Source of the DNA: Verrucomicrobiota bacterium | GTDB taxonomy: Bacteria; Verrucomicrobiota; Verrucomicrobiia; Limisphaerales; JAEYXS01 | DNA: 64,000 nucleotides | Assembly: GCA_023431185.1 (NCBI GenBank) | Contig: JAEYXS010000065.1 | Location: 77,386 to 141,385 of the forward strand | Direction: 5' to 3' | Part shown: one piece after another, positions 9,010 through 19,016 of the stretch | How positions within the stretch are numbered: position 1 is the stretch's first letter | Layout of the letters: each line of letters opens with the position of its first letter | Program-made: the position numbers and the translations under genes | The notes under the pieces: generated by a model | Database searches by the model: none | Told to the model about the DNA's origin: nothing | What the model saw: only the letters and a program-made list of their open reading frames with translations

Positions 9010-9744
9010 TTGCTTTCTGTGAATGGGGCGCAGACATTGATGTTTCCTGATGCCCGGCCGTTGGTTGAACGGTTGGGGATAAATTTTTTCCGGCAACTGC
9101 CAAGGCGGCCCGGCGTGTACCTGATGCGGGATGGGGCGGAGGCGATCGTGTATGTGGGCAAGGCGAAGGATCTGCGGCAGCGGTTGGGGAATTATCGCGT
9201 GGCGAATCCGGACCGGGTGCCGAAGCGGCTGCTGCGATTGCTGAAATGTGTGGTGCGGATCGAGTATCAGGAATGTGCGGATGAAGCGGCGGCACTGGCG
9301 CGGGAGGCGGAGTTGTTGCGGGAATTGAAACCGCGCTTCAACCGGGCGGGGGTGTGGCCGGCGCCACCGAGGTTTTTGCTGTGGCGATTGCGGGAGGAAC
9401 GGTTGGAGCTAAGGCTGGTCGCCGAGGTGGAAGCGGGCTGGGAGGTGCAGGGACCATTGAAGGGCGGAGCGGCGGTGATGTTCGCGACGCTGGTGCGGGT
9501 GCTGTGGGTGATGGCGTGGCCGGGGAGGGCGCTGCAGGAGATGCCGACGGGGTGGTTTCATGGGCGAGTGCCAGAGGTGGTGGAGTTGCCGGGGGAGACG
9601 GAGGTTTTCCTGAACGGGTTATTGTGCGGAGAGTTTTCCAGTCAGGAAAGTGCGGAGCGACTGAGCATGTCCTGGCAGCGGGAGGTGTTTCAGGAGGATG
9701 CCGAGGCGGTAGTGAAGTATTTCCGGCGCAAGGCGGGCACTTGA
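9010..9744 (+). CDS. GIY-YIG nuclease domain protein (UvrC N-terminal-like); start uncertain
   Basis: PGVYLMRD...IVYVGKAKDLRQRLGNY...E..L...KPRFNR matches GIY-YIG. TTG start at 9010; an in-frame ATG at 9040 is an alternative. Confidence 0.65.
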   Translation: MLSVNGAQTLMFPDARPLVERLGINFFRQLPRRPGVYLMRDGAEAIVYVGKAKDLRQRLGNYRVANPDRVPKRLLRLLKCVVRIEYQECADEAAALAREAELLRELKPRFNRAGVWPAPPRFLLWRLREERLELRLVAEVEAGWEVQGPLKGGAAVMFATLVRVLWVMAWPGRALQEMPTGWFHGRVPEVVELPGETEVFLNGLLCGEFSSQESAERLSMSWQREVFQEDAEAVVKYFRRKAGT

Positions 9745-9866
9745 CTTGGTGTGGTGGCTCTTCGCATCCTTTCAGCCATGTCCATCACCAATCTCTGGCG
9801 GGAGCTGGTATTGTTTCGCGGCTGGCGAGATCATATCTAATACTGTGGGGCAAACTTGAAATTTTT

Positions 9867-11042
9867 ATGAACACGACACGGCGGAATCTCATCACATGGC
9901 TCGGGGTGGCGGTTTATGCTTTGGCGTTTTCTGCCAGTGCGCAGAAGCTGCCGATGGATTCACCGCAGGGCATCGCAAAGAGTTTGCTGCCGTTCGTGGA
10001 GCAGAACGCCTTGGCGGGGGCGGTCACCGTGGTGGTGAGCAAGGACAAGATACTAAGTGTGGAGACGGTGGGGTATGCGGATATCGCGAAGCAGAAGCCG
10101 ATGAAGGCGGACAGCATCTTTTGGATCGCCTCGATGACGAAAGCGATCACGGGCACGGCGGTGATGCTGCTAGTGGATGAGGGGAAGATCGATCTGGATG
10201 CGCCGGTGGAGAAGTATCTGCCGGAGTTCAAGGGGCAGATGGTCATCGCGGAGAAAGATGACAACCATGTGCTGTTGAAAAAGCCGACGCGACCGGTGAC
10301 GGTGCGCAACATGCTTTCGCATACGAGCGGGATGGCGTTCAAATCAGGCATCGAGGAGCCGACGCTGGACATGCTGCCGCTGGCGACGGTGGTGCGGAGC
10401 TATGCGATGTCGCCCTTGTTGCATGAGCCGGACAGCAAGTATCTCTACAGCAATGAGGGGATCAATACGGCGGGAAGGATCATCGAGGTGGTGAGCGGGA
10501 TGTCTTATGAGGAGTTCATGAACGCGCGGCTGTTCTATCCGCTGGGGATGAAGGACACGGGGTTCTGGCTGACAAAGAAGCAGGTGGAGCGGCTGGCGAA
10601 GACGTACAAGCCGAATGCGGCGAAGAACGGATTGGAGGAGACGCGGACGCAGTATCTTTTTTATCCGCTGGATGAGCCGCGGCGGCAGCCGATGCCGGGT
10701 GGCGGGTTGTTCTCCACAGGACATGATGTGGCGCGGTTCTGCCAGATGATCTTGAACGGGGGCGAACTGGACGGGAGACGTTATCTCTCGGAGAAGGCCG
10801 TCGCGGAGATGTCGAAGCGGCAGACACCGGCGAATCTGAAGGAGAGTTACGGGCTGGGCTGGGCAGTGCAGGGGAATGGGGAGTTCGGACATGGTGGTGC
10901 GCTTTCTACAAACATGACGATCCATAAGGATAAAGGGCTGGCGACGATCTATCTGGTGCAGCATCAGGGTTATGCTGGGCCGGATGGGGGGAAGATCCAG
11001 CCGGCGTTCCGGAAGGCGGCGCTGGAGAAGTTCGGGAAATAG
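9867..11042 (+). CDS. secreted serine hydrolase, beta-lactamase/PBP4*-family
   Basis: Internal ATG of ORF 9354..11042 gives MNTTRRNLITWLGVAVYALAFSASAQ (signal peptide). S-x-x-K (ASMTK), Y-x-N (YSN) and HGG motifs are present. Confidence 0.8.
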   Translation: MNTTRRNLITWLGVAVYALAFSASAQKLPMDSPQGIAKSLLPFVEQNALAGAVTVVVSKDKILSVETVGYADIAKQKPMKADSIFWIASMTKAITGTAVMLLVDEGKIDLDAPVEKYLPEFKGQMVIAEKDDNHVLLKKPTRPVTVRNMLSHTSGMAFKSGIEEPTLDMLPLATVVRSYAMSPLLHEPDSKYLYSNEGINTAGRIIEVVSGMSYEEFMNARLFYPLGMKDTGFWLTKKQVERLAKTYKPNAAKNGLEETRTQYLFYPLDEPRRQPMPGGGLFSTGHDVARFCQMILNGGELDGRRYLSEKAVAEMSKRQTPANLKESYGLGWAVQGNGEFGHGGALSTNMTIHKDKGLATIYLVQHQGYAGPDGGKIQPAFRKAALEKFGK

Positions 11043-11141
11043 CCGACGCAATGGGGAGAAAGATGGCGTTTCTTTGGAATTGCCCGCTGACGCTCCAGCA
11101 GGTTTTCTTAGCGGTGACAAACCTGAGGTTGAGGGAACGCC

Positions 11142-13088
11142 ATGTTATTGCGCCAGGTCGCCACTGATTATTCGAAGCACCCATTGCTGCCGGGGGCGGT
11201 GTTGGTCTGCATTTCGGGTGACGGTCAGACACGGCGCTTGAGCCAGTTCACGGCGGATGACCTGGCGGATTACAACAAGTTGACGGTCAAGGAGATCGTC
11301 GCGCACTTGCGCCAGTCCGGAGTGCTGGGGGAAGAGCAGGGGAATGACCTGCTCCAGCTCGATGCGGATTATCGTCAGTGGCACAAGTATGTGCAGGAGC
11401 ATATACCGGAGGTCTGCCGCATCACGGAGTGTCATCAGGAATCGGTGTTGCGGCTGCAACGGGCCCTGTTCAGTGCCAAGCTGCTCGCGGAGTTCTTGGA
11501 AATCCTGACCCCGCCGCAAGTCTCCTTTGAGAAAACATCGCAAGGGACGACTGATCTGCTGGCGAGCCTGAATGAATCCTTTCGCAAGATCGTGGGCGGT
11601 ATCTGGTCGGTGATGGTGGCGGAGGATGACCGTTCGCTGGTGGCGGATGCTTCGGCGCAGTTTTGGGTGGCATGCCTTTATAGCAACGGCCCGCAGAAGA
11701 TGGCCGGTGGTTTCATCGGACTTTTCCAACGGCATAATCGGGAAAGATTCGAAGCGTTGACGGGCCGCATCAATGGTACGGGACCGTTGCGGGTGAAGGA
11801 TGAGGTGTCGGACTTCATGCACCAGACGGCGGAGCGATTGCAGCATTTGCGTGAAGCAGTCAAAGAGACGGTGAAGGCCGGGCTGGATCAACCATTCCGC
11901 GAGATCGCGCGGGTCATCACCAAGCTCGAACTGCCGCCGTTGGTCATCTTGTTCTACGATTCGCTGCTGCGTGAGGTATGTGATGCATTGGCGGGCATTG
12001 ATGGCGATTTTTCGGCGAAGGAGAACCGTTTCGTGCAATACCTGCTGGAGCAGACTTCGGCCATTTGCCACGAAGTGCAACGTCAGGCGGCGGAATCGGC
12101 ACAGGTGGTGGGGCATGACCGGCTGGATGAGATTCTCAAGGAGTTGGATGACTTGGTGGGGCTGGACGTGGTGAAGCAAAAGGTGCGGGAGGTGGCGAAC
12201 TTCGCGCGGCTCCAACAGATGCGCATCGGGCAGGGGATGCCCGCCATCCCGGCCACGTATCACACCGTCTATACCGGCAATCCGGGCACGGGCAAGACCA
12301 CGATGGCACGATTGATGGGCCGCATTTTCCGAGTGCTGGGCGTCTTGAAGAAAAGGCATGTGGTGGAGTGCGATCGCGCAGCGCTGGTGGCAGAGTATGT
12401 GGGGCAGACGGCGCCGCGCACGAATGCCGTGGTGGATTCCGCACTGGATGGCATCCTGTTCATCGATGAGGCGTATACGCTGGCGAAGGAGGGCGAGGAT
12501 TTCGGGCGCGAAGCCATCGATACGCTACTGAAGCGCATGGAGGATAATCGGGACCGGCTCATTGTGATCGTGGCGGGCTATCCGGAAAACATGCGGACGT
12601 TCATTGATTCCAATCCGGGCCTGAGTTCCCGTTTCACCCGCTACATCGAGTTCCCCGATTACACGGTGCCGGAGCTGTGCCGCATCTTCGCCAGTATCTG
12701 TCGCAAGAATGCGCTGCACCTCACGCCGGGCTTGCGGGAGAAGCTGGTGCATCATTTCACCTATCTGCGTGAGCGGGCGGATGAGCAATTCGGCAATGCA
12801 CGGCTGGTGCGAAATTGTTTCGAGGCGGCGATCAATGCCCAGGCGATGCGCCTGGCAGCGAGCGGTGATTTCAGTCCATCGGCTCTGAGTAATCTGTCGG
12901 AAGAAGACCTGAGTTCACCCGCGCAGGAACAGTTGCAGGCGTATCGGGCGGCGGGGAAGTATTACGAGGTGAAGTGTCCGAGTTGTGGCACGGTGTATAC
13001 GTGGTCGCCGGATCTGAAACTGAAGGAGGGCGTCTGCACGAATTGTGGGAAGCAGTACAGTTGTGAGTTTGGCGAGATAGTTAAGTAG
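11142..13088 (+). CDS. AAA+ ATPase of the CbxX/SpoVK type with a ~340-aa uncharacterised N-domain and a C-terminal zinc ribbon
   Basis: 648 aa. Walker A GNPGTGKTT, Walker B ILFIDEAY, RLIVIVAGY and SRF sensor region. C-terminal CPSCG...CTNCG pair. Confidence 0.8.
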   Translation: MLLRQVATDYSKHPLLPGAVLVCISGDGQTRRLSQFTADDLADYNKLTVKEIVAHLRQSGVLGEEQGNDLLQLDADYRQWHKYVQEHIPEVCRITECHQESVLRLQRALFSAKLLAEFLEILTPPQVSFEKTSQGTTDLLASLNESFRKIVGGIWSVMVAEDDRSLVADASAQFWVACLYSNGPQKMAGGFIGLFQRHNRERFEALTGRINGTGPLRVKDEVSDFMHQTAERLQHLREAVKETVKAGLDQPFREIARVITKLELPPLVILFYDSLLREVCDALAGIDGDFSAKENRFVQYLLEQTSAICHEVQRQAAESAQVVGHDRLDEILKELDDLVGLDVVKQKVREVANFARLQQMRIGQGMPAIPATYHTVYTGNPGTGKTTMARLMGRIFRVLGVLKKRHVVECDRAALVAEYVGQTAPRTNAVVDSALDGILFIDEAYTLAKEGEDFGREAIDTLLKRMEDNRDRLIVIVAGYPENMRTFIDSNPGLSSRFTRYIEFPDYTVPELCRIFASICRKNALHLTPGLREKLVHHFTYLRERADEQFGNARLVRNCFEAAINAQAMRLAASGDFSPSALSNLSEEDLSSPAQEQLQAYRAAGKYYEVKCPSCGTVYTWSPDLKLKEGVCTNCGKQYSCEFGEIVK

Positions 13089-13148
13089 CAGTTTCCTGCT
13101 ATCATTTCAGTAGGTTTGGGGTATGCTAGGCTCACTGAATTTTTGGCG

Positions 13149-13787
13149 ATGCGTGTAAGAATCAAAATTTGCGGGATCACGTCGGTTGGTGATGCCCAGG
13201 CGGTGGCGGAGGCCGGAGCGGATGCCATCGGGCTGATGCTTTGGGGGCCGAGCAAGCGGTTTGTGACCAATGCGAAAGCGGCGGAGATCGTGCGGTCATT
13301 GCCGCCGTTCGTGAGCAAGGTGGGTGTGTTTGTGGACCCGACGGCGGAAGAAGTATTTCGTGCCGTAAAGGAGATCGGGCTGGATACCATCCAATTGCAC
13401 GGGGAGGAGACGCCGGAGTTTTGCCGGCAATTCGCGCCGCTGAAGGTGATGAAGGCGTTTCGGGTGAAGGATGCGTCTTCGCTCGTCACGTTGACGGATT
13501 ACAATACGGACGCGTGGTTGCTGGACAGCTATGTGGCGGGTCAGCAGGGTGGCACGGGCGCGGTTTTTAACTGGGACTTGGCGGTGCAGGCGAAAGATTC
13601 CGGGAAACCCATCGTGCTGGCGGGCGGGCTTACGCCGGAGAATATCGCGGAGGCGGTGCATGAGGTGTGGCCGTATGGGGTGGATGTCTCGAGCGGTGTG
13701 GAATCGGCTCCGGGGAAGAAGGATGCGGAGTTGATCCGGCGGTTGGTGGCGGGAGTGAGGAGCGTCGAGGTGAGTGAGGGGGGATAA
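13149..13787 (+). CDS. trpF: phosphoribosylanthranilate isomerase
   Basis: MRVRIKICGIT..., IQLHGEE, LLDS...GGTG and LAGGL motifs. The ATG at 13149 is preferred over the TTG at 13116. Confidence 0.85.
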   Translation: MRVRIKICGITSVGDAQAVAEAGADAIGLMLWGPSKRFVTNAKAAEIVRSLPPFVSKVGVFVDPTAEEVFRAVKEIGLDTIQLHGEETPEFCRQFAPLKVMKAFRVKDASSLVTLTDYNTDAWLLDSYVAGQQGGTGAVFNWDLAVQAKDSGKPIVLAGGLTPENIAEAVHEVWPYGVDVSSGVESAPGKKDAELIRRLVAGVRSVEVSEGG

Positions 13788-14124
13788 AGAAGGCTTACTT
13801 CCGCGCACTGAGGAACCAGCCTGGTCATTGGGCAGACACTGAATCGGAACTCCCAATCGTAGGGAGGGAGGAAACGGCACTGCACTCGGGGAAACAATTT
13901 AGAATTAAGAAAGGAGAATGAAGTAACAGTGGATTCGATTAAAGGCTTTGGTGGTTCCAAGTTCCTGCTGGTGGTTGGCGTTAGCGTAAAGGTGAAGTTT
14001 GGGACGGCGTGGAAGCCATCCTTACCTGGTTTAGTTTTAGCCTGCTAACGTCGGTTGCGGTTGTGAGGGATAACATCTCATTGAATTTGTCCATTTGGTC
14101 ACCATAATCGGGTGCATTCAATCT

Positions 14125-15870
14125 ATGCGCCTGACATCTGTTTTTGTTCTCGCTTCGTCATTGCTCATCGCGGCCAGCGTGTTTGCGGCGGATGAGTATC
14201 CGGTCCACCCTGATTCCAAGAAGCAAGAGGGGGTGCCGCAGGGGGAGTTGATCAAGTTCAGCTTCGAGAAGAGCAAGGTGTTCCCGGGGACGATACGCGA
14301 TGTGACGGTGTATGTGCCGAAGCAGTATGACGGCAAGACGCCCGCGTGCGTGTATGTGAACCAGGACGGGGTACAATGGGGCGCGCCGACGGTGTTCGAC
14401 AATCTCATCCACAAGAAGGACATGCCGGTGACGATCGGGGTCTTCGTGGTGCATGGCCGGGTGAAGGAGGCGAACACGAATGCCTTGCCGCGGTTCAATC
14501 GCAGTTACGAATACGATGGTCTCGGTGGGGATTACGCCAAGTTCGTGCTTGAAGAGTTGCTCCCGGAAGTGGAGACGAAGAAGACGGCGGATGGAAGGGT
14601 AATCGTGCTCTCCAAGAACGGCAATGACCGGGCGATCGGTGGCTCGAGCAGCGGCGCGGTGTGTGCCTTCACGGCGGCTTGGGAGCGGTCGGATGGGTTC
14701 AGCCGGGTGTTCAGCACGATCGGCACGTATGTGGGTCTGCGCGGGGCGGATGAGTATCCGATCCTCGTGCGCAAATTTGAGCCGAAGCCGTTGCGGGTGT
14801 TCCTGCAGGATGGCAGCAATGACTTAAACATCTACGCTGGCGATTGGTGGATCGTGAATCAGGCGATGCAGCGGTCGTTTGCGTTCGCGGGTTATGAGCA
14901 TTCGTTCGTGTGGGGCGAGGGTGGACACAATGGCAAGCACGGCACGGCGGTGTTCCCGGATGCGATGCGTTATCTGTGGAAGGGCTGGCCGGAGCCGGTG
15001 AAGAAGGGGCAGGGCTCGCCGCAGTTGAAGGACATTCTCATCCCGGGTGAAGAGTGGCAGGTCGCGGCGGAAGGCTACAAGGGCACGGAAGGTGTGGCGG
15101 TGAATGCGAAGGGTGAGGTGTTCTTCAACACGGGCGGGATGAAGAAAACGATGAAGCTGGTGGAGGGCAAGGCGGTGACGTTCGTGGAGGATAATAACTT
15201 GGGTGATGGCCAGCGTTTCGGACCGGATGGGCGGCTCTACACGGTTTGCGCGGCGACGAGCAACATCGTGGCGTATGCGACAGATGGTAAGGCGACGGTG
15301 ATCGCATCGGGCTTCAAAGGCAACGACCTGACGGTGGCGAACAATGGGAACATCTACGTGACCGAATCGAGCTGGGATCGCGTGAGTCCGAGCAAGGTCT
15401 GGCTGGTGAAGCCGGATGGCACGAAGAAGGTGGTGGATTCGGGATTGATCTTCGCGAATGGCATCACGCTGTCGCCGGACCAGACGCTGCTCTATGTCTC
15501 GGACATGAAGACGCGCTGGGTATATAGCTATCAGGTGAAGGCGGATGGCACGTTGCAGCACAAGCAGAAGTATTACTGGCTGCACGAGCCGGACAATCGC
15601 CAGGATGCGGGCTCCGATGGCATGCGCGTGGATCGTGATGGCCGTCTTTGGGTGGCTACGGCGATGGGACTTCAGGTGTGTGATCAGGCGGGTCGCGTGA
15701 ACTGCATCATCCCGACACCGAATGGACGGGTGTCGAATCTGGATTTCGGTGGTGAGAACTTCGATACGCTCTATGCCGCGTGCGGGCCGGTGATCTACAA
15801 GCGCAAGATCAAGGTGAAGGGGGCGCCGAATTTCCTGGCACCGCATAAGCCAGCGGCGCCGAGACTCTAA
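14125..15870 (+). CDS. secreted esterase (putative-esterase/CE1-like alpha/beta hydrolase) fused to an SMP-30/gluconolactonase (SGL) beta-propeller
   Basis: Signal peptide MRLTSVFVLASSLLIAASVFA. Nucleophile elbow GGSSSG and GGHNGKHG. The C-terminal half carries SGL-type repeats (ANGITLSPD, GSDGMRVDRDGRLWVA). The N-half is paralogous to 17050..18033. Confidence 0.7.
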   Translation: MRLTSVFVLASSLLIAASVFAADEYPVHPDSKKQEGVPQGELIKFSFEKSKVFPGTIRDVTVYVPKQYDGKTPACVYVNQDGVQWGAPTVFDNLIHKKDMPVTIGVFVVHGRVKEANTNALPRFNRSYEYDGLGGDYAKFVLEELLPEVETKKTADGRVIVLSKNGNDRAIGGSSSGAVCAFTAAWERSDGFSRVFSTIGTYVGLRGADEYPILVRKFEPKPLRVFLQDGSNDLNIYAGDWWIVNQAMQRSFAFAGYEHSFVWGEGGHNGKHGTAVFPDAMRYLWKGWPEPVKKGQGSPQLKDILIPGEEWQVAAEGYKGTEGVAVNAKGEVFFNTGGMKKTMKLVEGKAVTFVEDNNLGDGQRFGPDGRLYTVCAATSNIVAYATDGKATVIASGFKGNDLTVANNGNIYVTESSWDRVSPSKVWLVKPDGTKKVVDSGLIFANGITLSPDQTLLYVSDMKTRWVYSYQVKADGTLQHKQKYYWLHEPDNRQDAGSDGMRVDRDGRLWVATAMGLQVCDQAGRVNCIIPTPNGRVSNLDFGGENFDTLYAACGPVIYKRKIKVKGAPNFLAPHKPAAPRL

Positions 15871-15881
15871 TCAATCCGAAT

Positions 15882-17036
15882 ATGAAGACCATTTCACGCA
15901 GAGCTGTCCTTAAAGGCAGTGTGGCATTTGCAGCGTTGGCGTTTGCCCAGCGGCCATTGTCGGTGTTCGGTTTTGGTGAGCCCGAAGAGGGGGCAGTGCT
16001 GGTGCCGTTCACCACGCCGCAGCCGAAGAATCCCAACCGGCCGATGGTGCAGTGGGAAGAATTGAAGACGTGGACCACACCGAACGAGAACGTTTATGTG
16101 GTGAGCCATTACAACACGCCGGTCATTGAGGCGGACCAGTGGAAGCTGGAGATCGGCGGGTTCGTCGAGAAGCCGATCACGTTGACGCTGACGGACCTGA
16201 AGAAGCGGCCGCAGAAGGAAATCATGGCCACGCTGGAATGCGGTGGCAACGGGGCAAGCCCAAATTTCATGGGAGCGGTGGCGAACGTGAAATGGAAGGG
16301 CACTCCGCTGGCCCCGATCCTGAAGCAGTGCGGGATCAAGAAGCGGGGTGTCGAGGTGGTGTTCATCGGCACGGACGAGAAGCGGGAGAAGATCCGGGAA
16401 GCGGAGTTTGACATGCGGTTCTCGCGGAGCCTGTCCCTGACAGATGCGATGCAGGACAAGATCATGCTGTGCTGGGAGATGAATGGGCAGCCGTTGGCGA
16501 AGGAACATGGGTATCCGTTGCGGCTGATCGTGCCGGGCTGGTATGGTGTGGCGTGGGTGAAGTGGTTATCGCGCATCGAAGTGCAGGACCGGCGGTTCAT
16601 GAGCAAGTACATGGCGCGTGAATATGTGACCATTCGCGGTGAGGAACAGGCGGATGGGGATGTGCTGTATCGTGAGACCTCGGTAAGTTTCATGAATGTG
16701 AAGAGCATCGTGGCGCGGGTGTTGAAGCTGAAGGACGGAACCTTGCGTGTGCAGGGGGCGGCGTGGAGCGATGGCACGCCGATCAAATCGGTGGAACTCA
16801 AGCTGGATGATGGGACGTGGCAGAAGGCGACTTTGGACAAGACGAACCATTCGGAGTATTCGTGGACGTTCTGGAGCTATGACTGGAAGGGTGCGGGGGA
16901 AGGGGAGCATACGCTGATTTCTAGAGCGACGGATGAAGATGGACGCGAGCAACCGGCGGCGGATGATCCGACGATCAAGTTGAAGAAGACGTATTGGGAG
17001 GCGAACCAGCAGGTGGTGCGGAAGATCAAAATCTGA
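15882..17036 (+). CDS. TAT-exported sulfite-oxidase-family molybdopterin oxidoreductase
   Basis: Twin-arginine leader [13 protein letters not shown]. Mo-binding region ATLECGGNG and [20 protein letters not shown]-terminal Ig-like dimerisation domain. No adjacent cytochrome partner gene. Confidence 0.75.
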   Translation: MKTISRRAVLKGSVAFAALAFAQRPLSVFGFGEPEEGAVLVPFTTPQPKNPNRPMVQWEELKTWTTPNENVYVVSHYNTPVIEADQWKLEIGGFVEKPITLTLTDLKKRPQKEIMATLECGGNGASPNFMGAVANVKWKGTPLAPILKQCGIKKRGVEVVFIGTDEKREKIREAEFDMRFSRSLSLTDAMQDKIMLCWEMNGQPLAKEHGYPLRLIVPGWYGVAWVKWLSRIEVQDRRFMSKYMAREYVTIRGEEQADGDVLYRETSVSFMNVKSIVARVLKLKDGTLRVQGAAWSDGTPIKSVELKLDDGTWQKATLDKTNHSEYSWTFWSYDWKGAGEGEHTLISRATDEDGREQPAADDPTIKLKKTYWEANQQVVRKIKI

Positions 17037-17049
17037 AGGGCGAGGTAAG

Positions 17050-18033
17050 ATGCCGCAGAACATTGACAGCGGGGCCAACTCGCGCAGTATTCAGGGCATG
17101 CAATTTCTCCGTATGCGTGCTGCTTTGGTGGCGTTTATGTGTCTCTCGTTCACGGCTGTCGTGCTGGCGGCGGATGATTACAAGTTAGGGCCGGATTCGC
17201 AGGTGAAGGCAGGAGTGCCGCAAGGGAAGGTGGAGAAGTTCACGCTCAAGGACAGCAAGGTGTTCCCCGGTACGACGCGCGATTACTGGACCTACGTGCC
17301 GGCGCAGTATGACGCCGCCAAACCCGCGAGTCTCATGGTTTTCCAGGATGGCGGAGGCATGGTGAGTGCGACCGGTTCCTATCGGGTGCCGGTGGTGTTT
17401 GATAACCTGATCGCCTCGAAGGAAATGCCGGTGACCATCGCACTTTTCATCAATCCAGGGACTTATCCGGCGGCGGAGAAGGGGCAGCAGGCGCGCTCGA
17501 ATCGCAGTTATGAGTATGATTCAGTGACGAACCTGTACGCTCGGTTCCTCATTGAGGAGATGCTGCCCGATTTGGAGAAGAAGTATAACCTCAGCAAGAG
17601 TCCGGCGGATCGGGCGATCTGCGGGAACAGCTCGGGAGCGATCTGTGCTTTCACGGTGGCATGGGAGCGGCCGGATGTGTTCGGCAAGGTGGTGAGCCAC
17701 ATCGGCAGCTTCACGAATATTCGCGGTGGCCATGTCTATCCGTCATTGATTCGCAAGACGAAGCCGGAGAATGCGAAGAACTATTATCTGCCTTCCACGA
17801 TGAATTTGCTCGAGGGCCGCCGGAAAATCCGGGTCTTCCTGCAAGACGGTTCAACGGATCTCGACAATATGCACGGTAACTGGCCGCTGGCGAACCAGGA
17901 CATGGCGGCAGCGCTGAAGTACGCGGGGTGGGATTACAAGTTTGTGTTCGGCGATGGCGGGCACAACGGCAAACACGGCGGCAGCATCTTCCCGGATACG
18001 ATGCGGTGGTTGTGGCGGGATTCGCCGAAGTAG
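17050..18033 (+). CDS. secreted esterase (putative-esterase/CE1-like), paralog of the 14125..15870 N-domain
   Basis: GNSSG nucleophile elbow, [18 protein letters not shown] and [10 protein letters not shown] all align with the upstream paralog. Signal peptide after the internal Met at 17098 (possible true start). Confidence 0.7.
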   Translation: MPQNIDSGANSRSIQGMQFLRMRAALVAFMCLSFTAVVLAADDYKLGPDSQVKAGVPQGKVEKFTLKDSKVFPGTTRDYWTYVPAQYDAAKPASLMVFQDGGGMVSATGSYRVPVVFDNLIASKEMPVTIALFINPGTYPAAEKGQQARSNRSYEYDSVTNLYARFLIEEMLPDLEKKYNLSKSPADRAICGNSSGAICAFTVAWERPDVFGKVVSHIGSFTNIRGGHVYPSLIRKTKPENAKNYYLPSTMNLLEGRRKIRVFLQDGSTDLDNMHGNWPLANQDMAAALKYAGWDYKFVFGDGGHNGKHGGSIFPDTMRWLWRDSPK

Positions 18034-18090
18034 GGTTCAACCACAGAATATACAAAATACACGGAAAGGGCAAAGGGAGAGAGCTGCAGT

Positions 18091-18272
18091 TTAGAGCGGT
18101 TTAAAAAATACTGTAGCCGATTGTACAGGGAGCGAAGCGAGCGGTCTTTTTGGGTGGTGGCGTCGTTTCGGCTCAGTCACAGGGTCTTTGGAACCTGCCC
18201 CTTCGCCAAAGCCTCGTCACCACCCAAAAATCCTCGCTCCAATCGGCCGCATTATTTTTTAAAACGCTCTAA
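18091..18272. repeat. 182-bp imperfect palindromic (MITE-like) element between convergent genes
   Basis: The 33-nt outer arms TTAGAGCGGTTTAAAAAATACTGTAGCCGATTG (18091-18123) and 18240-18272 match in 29 of 33 positions as an inverted repeat. Nested inner arms share TTTTTGGGTGGTG / CACCACCCAAAAA. The right arm overlaps the stop codon of the minus-strand gene. Confidence 0.7.
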
Positions 18273-18805
18273 TCTTCGGTGATGAACTGCCACTGGTTGT
18301 CCAGGCTGATCATGGACCAGAGGTTGAAGGGGATGTGATCAGGCGTGGTCTGAACGAAGCCGGTGTTGCCGCCGGGACGGGGAACTGTCCAGAGGCAGAC
18401 GATACCGTGAGAGGAGAGTTCGGCTTTGGTCACCCGGAAGAATCCAGCTTGCACGGGAGTGGTGATTTTTTCGCCTGATTGGATGCGTTGCGCCAAGGCG
18501 TGAAGCGAAGCATGCGAGAGAGCGTAGGTGAGGCGCATGGGCCAGAGCGTGAAGCAAGAGGAGATAATCAGGGTCAGACTGGACAGGCCCACCAACAGAT
18601 GGGTGAAGCGGCGACTGGTGGAGATCGTTTGACCCAAGAGAGTCAATGCGGCGGTGACTATAAGCAAAGAGGAGCAGAGCAGATAGGCGGGGAGCAGCAC
18701 ATCCCCAAAACCGATAGCGGTCAACACTACAATTGTGCATGCGGAAAGGAGGCAGTAAACGAGGCAGATGTACTCCCAGCGGGGTTTATAGCCGCATGGT
18801 TTCAT
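18269..18805 (-). CDS. hypothetical membrane protein (3 predicted TM helices plus a C-terminal soluble domain)
   Basis: 178-aa ORF with hydrophobic stretches (ICLVYCLLSACTIVVLTAIGF, LLPAYLLCSSLLIVTAALTLL, LLVGLSSLTLIISSCFTL). No recognisable family. Flanked on both sides by repeat DNA. Confidence 0.45.
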   Translation of the reverse strand: MKPCGYKPRWEYICLVYCLLSACTIVVLTAIGFGDVLLPAYLLCSSLLIVTAALTLLGQTISTSRRFTHLLVGLSSLTLIISSCFTLWPMRLTYALSHASLHALAQRIQSGEKITTPVQAGFFRVTKAELSSHGIVCLWTVPRPGGNTGFVQTTPDHIPFNLWSMISLDNQWQFITED

Positions 18806-19016
18806 GAGGGCATTTGTGGTTCATGGCGTGAGAACTTGTGCCATACTATGTGCTGGCTGGAAGGGAATGGCAAGAGAGGGAGTTATCCTAGAAGATGCAC
18901 CACTAAGGGTGCTGAGGGTGAAGATTTCTTAGCCACGGATTAAACACGGAAACACACACGGATTGGGGAAATATGCTTGTGAGTGATTCTGTCTCCATGG
19001 AGCTCACCGGGTTCAC

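Noticed and set aside
9354-9866. Long N-terminal extension of the 562-aa ORF (Gly/Ala/Arg-rich) overlapping the GIY-YIG gene.
   Set aside because: It overlaps the GIY-YIG gene in another frame and has the low-complexity composition typical of GC-rich out-of-frame reading. The internal ATG at 9867 gives a canonical signal peptide and a full-length serine hydrolase.
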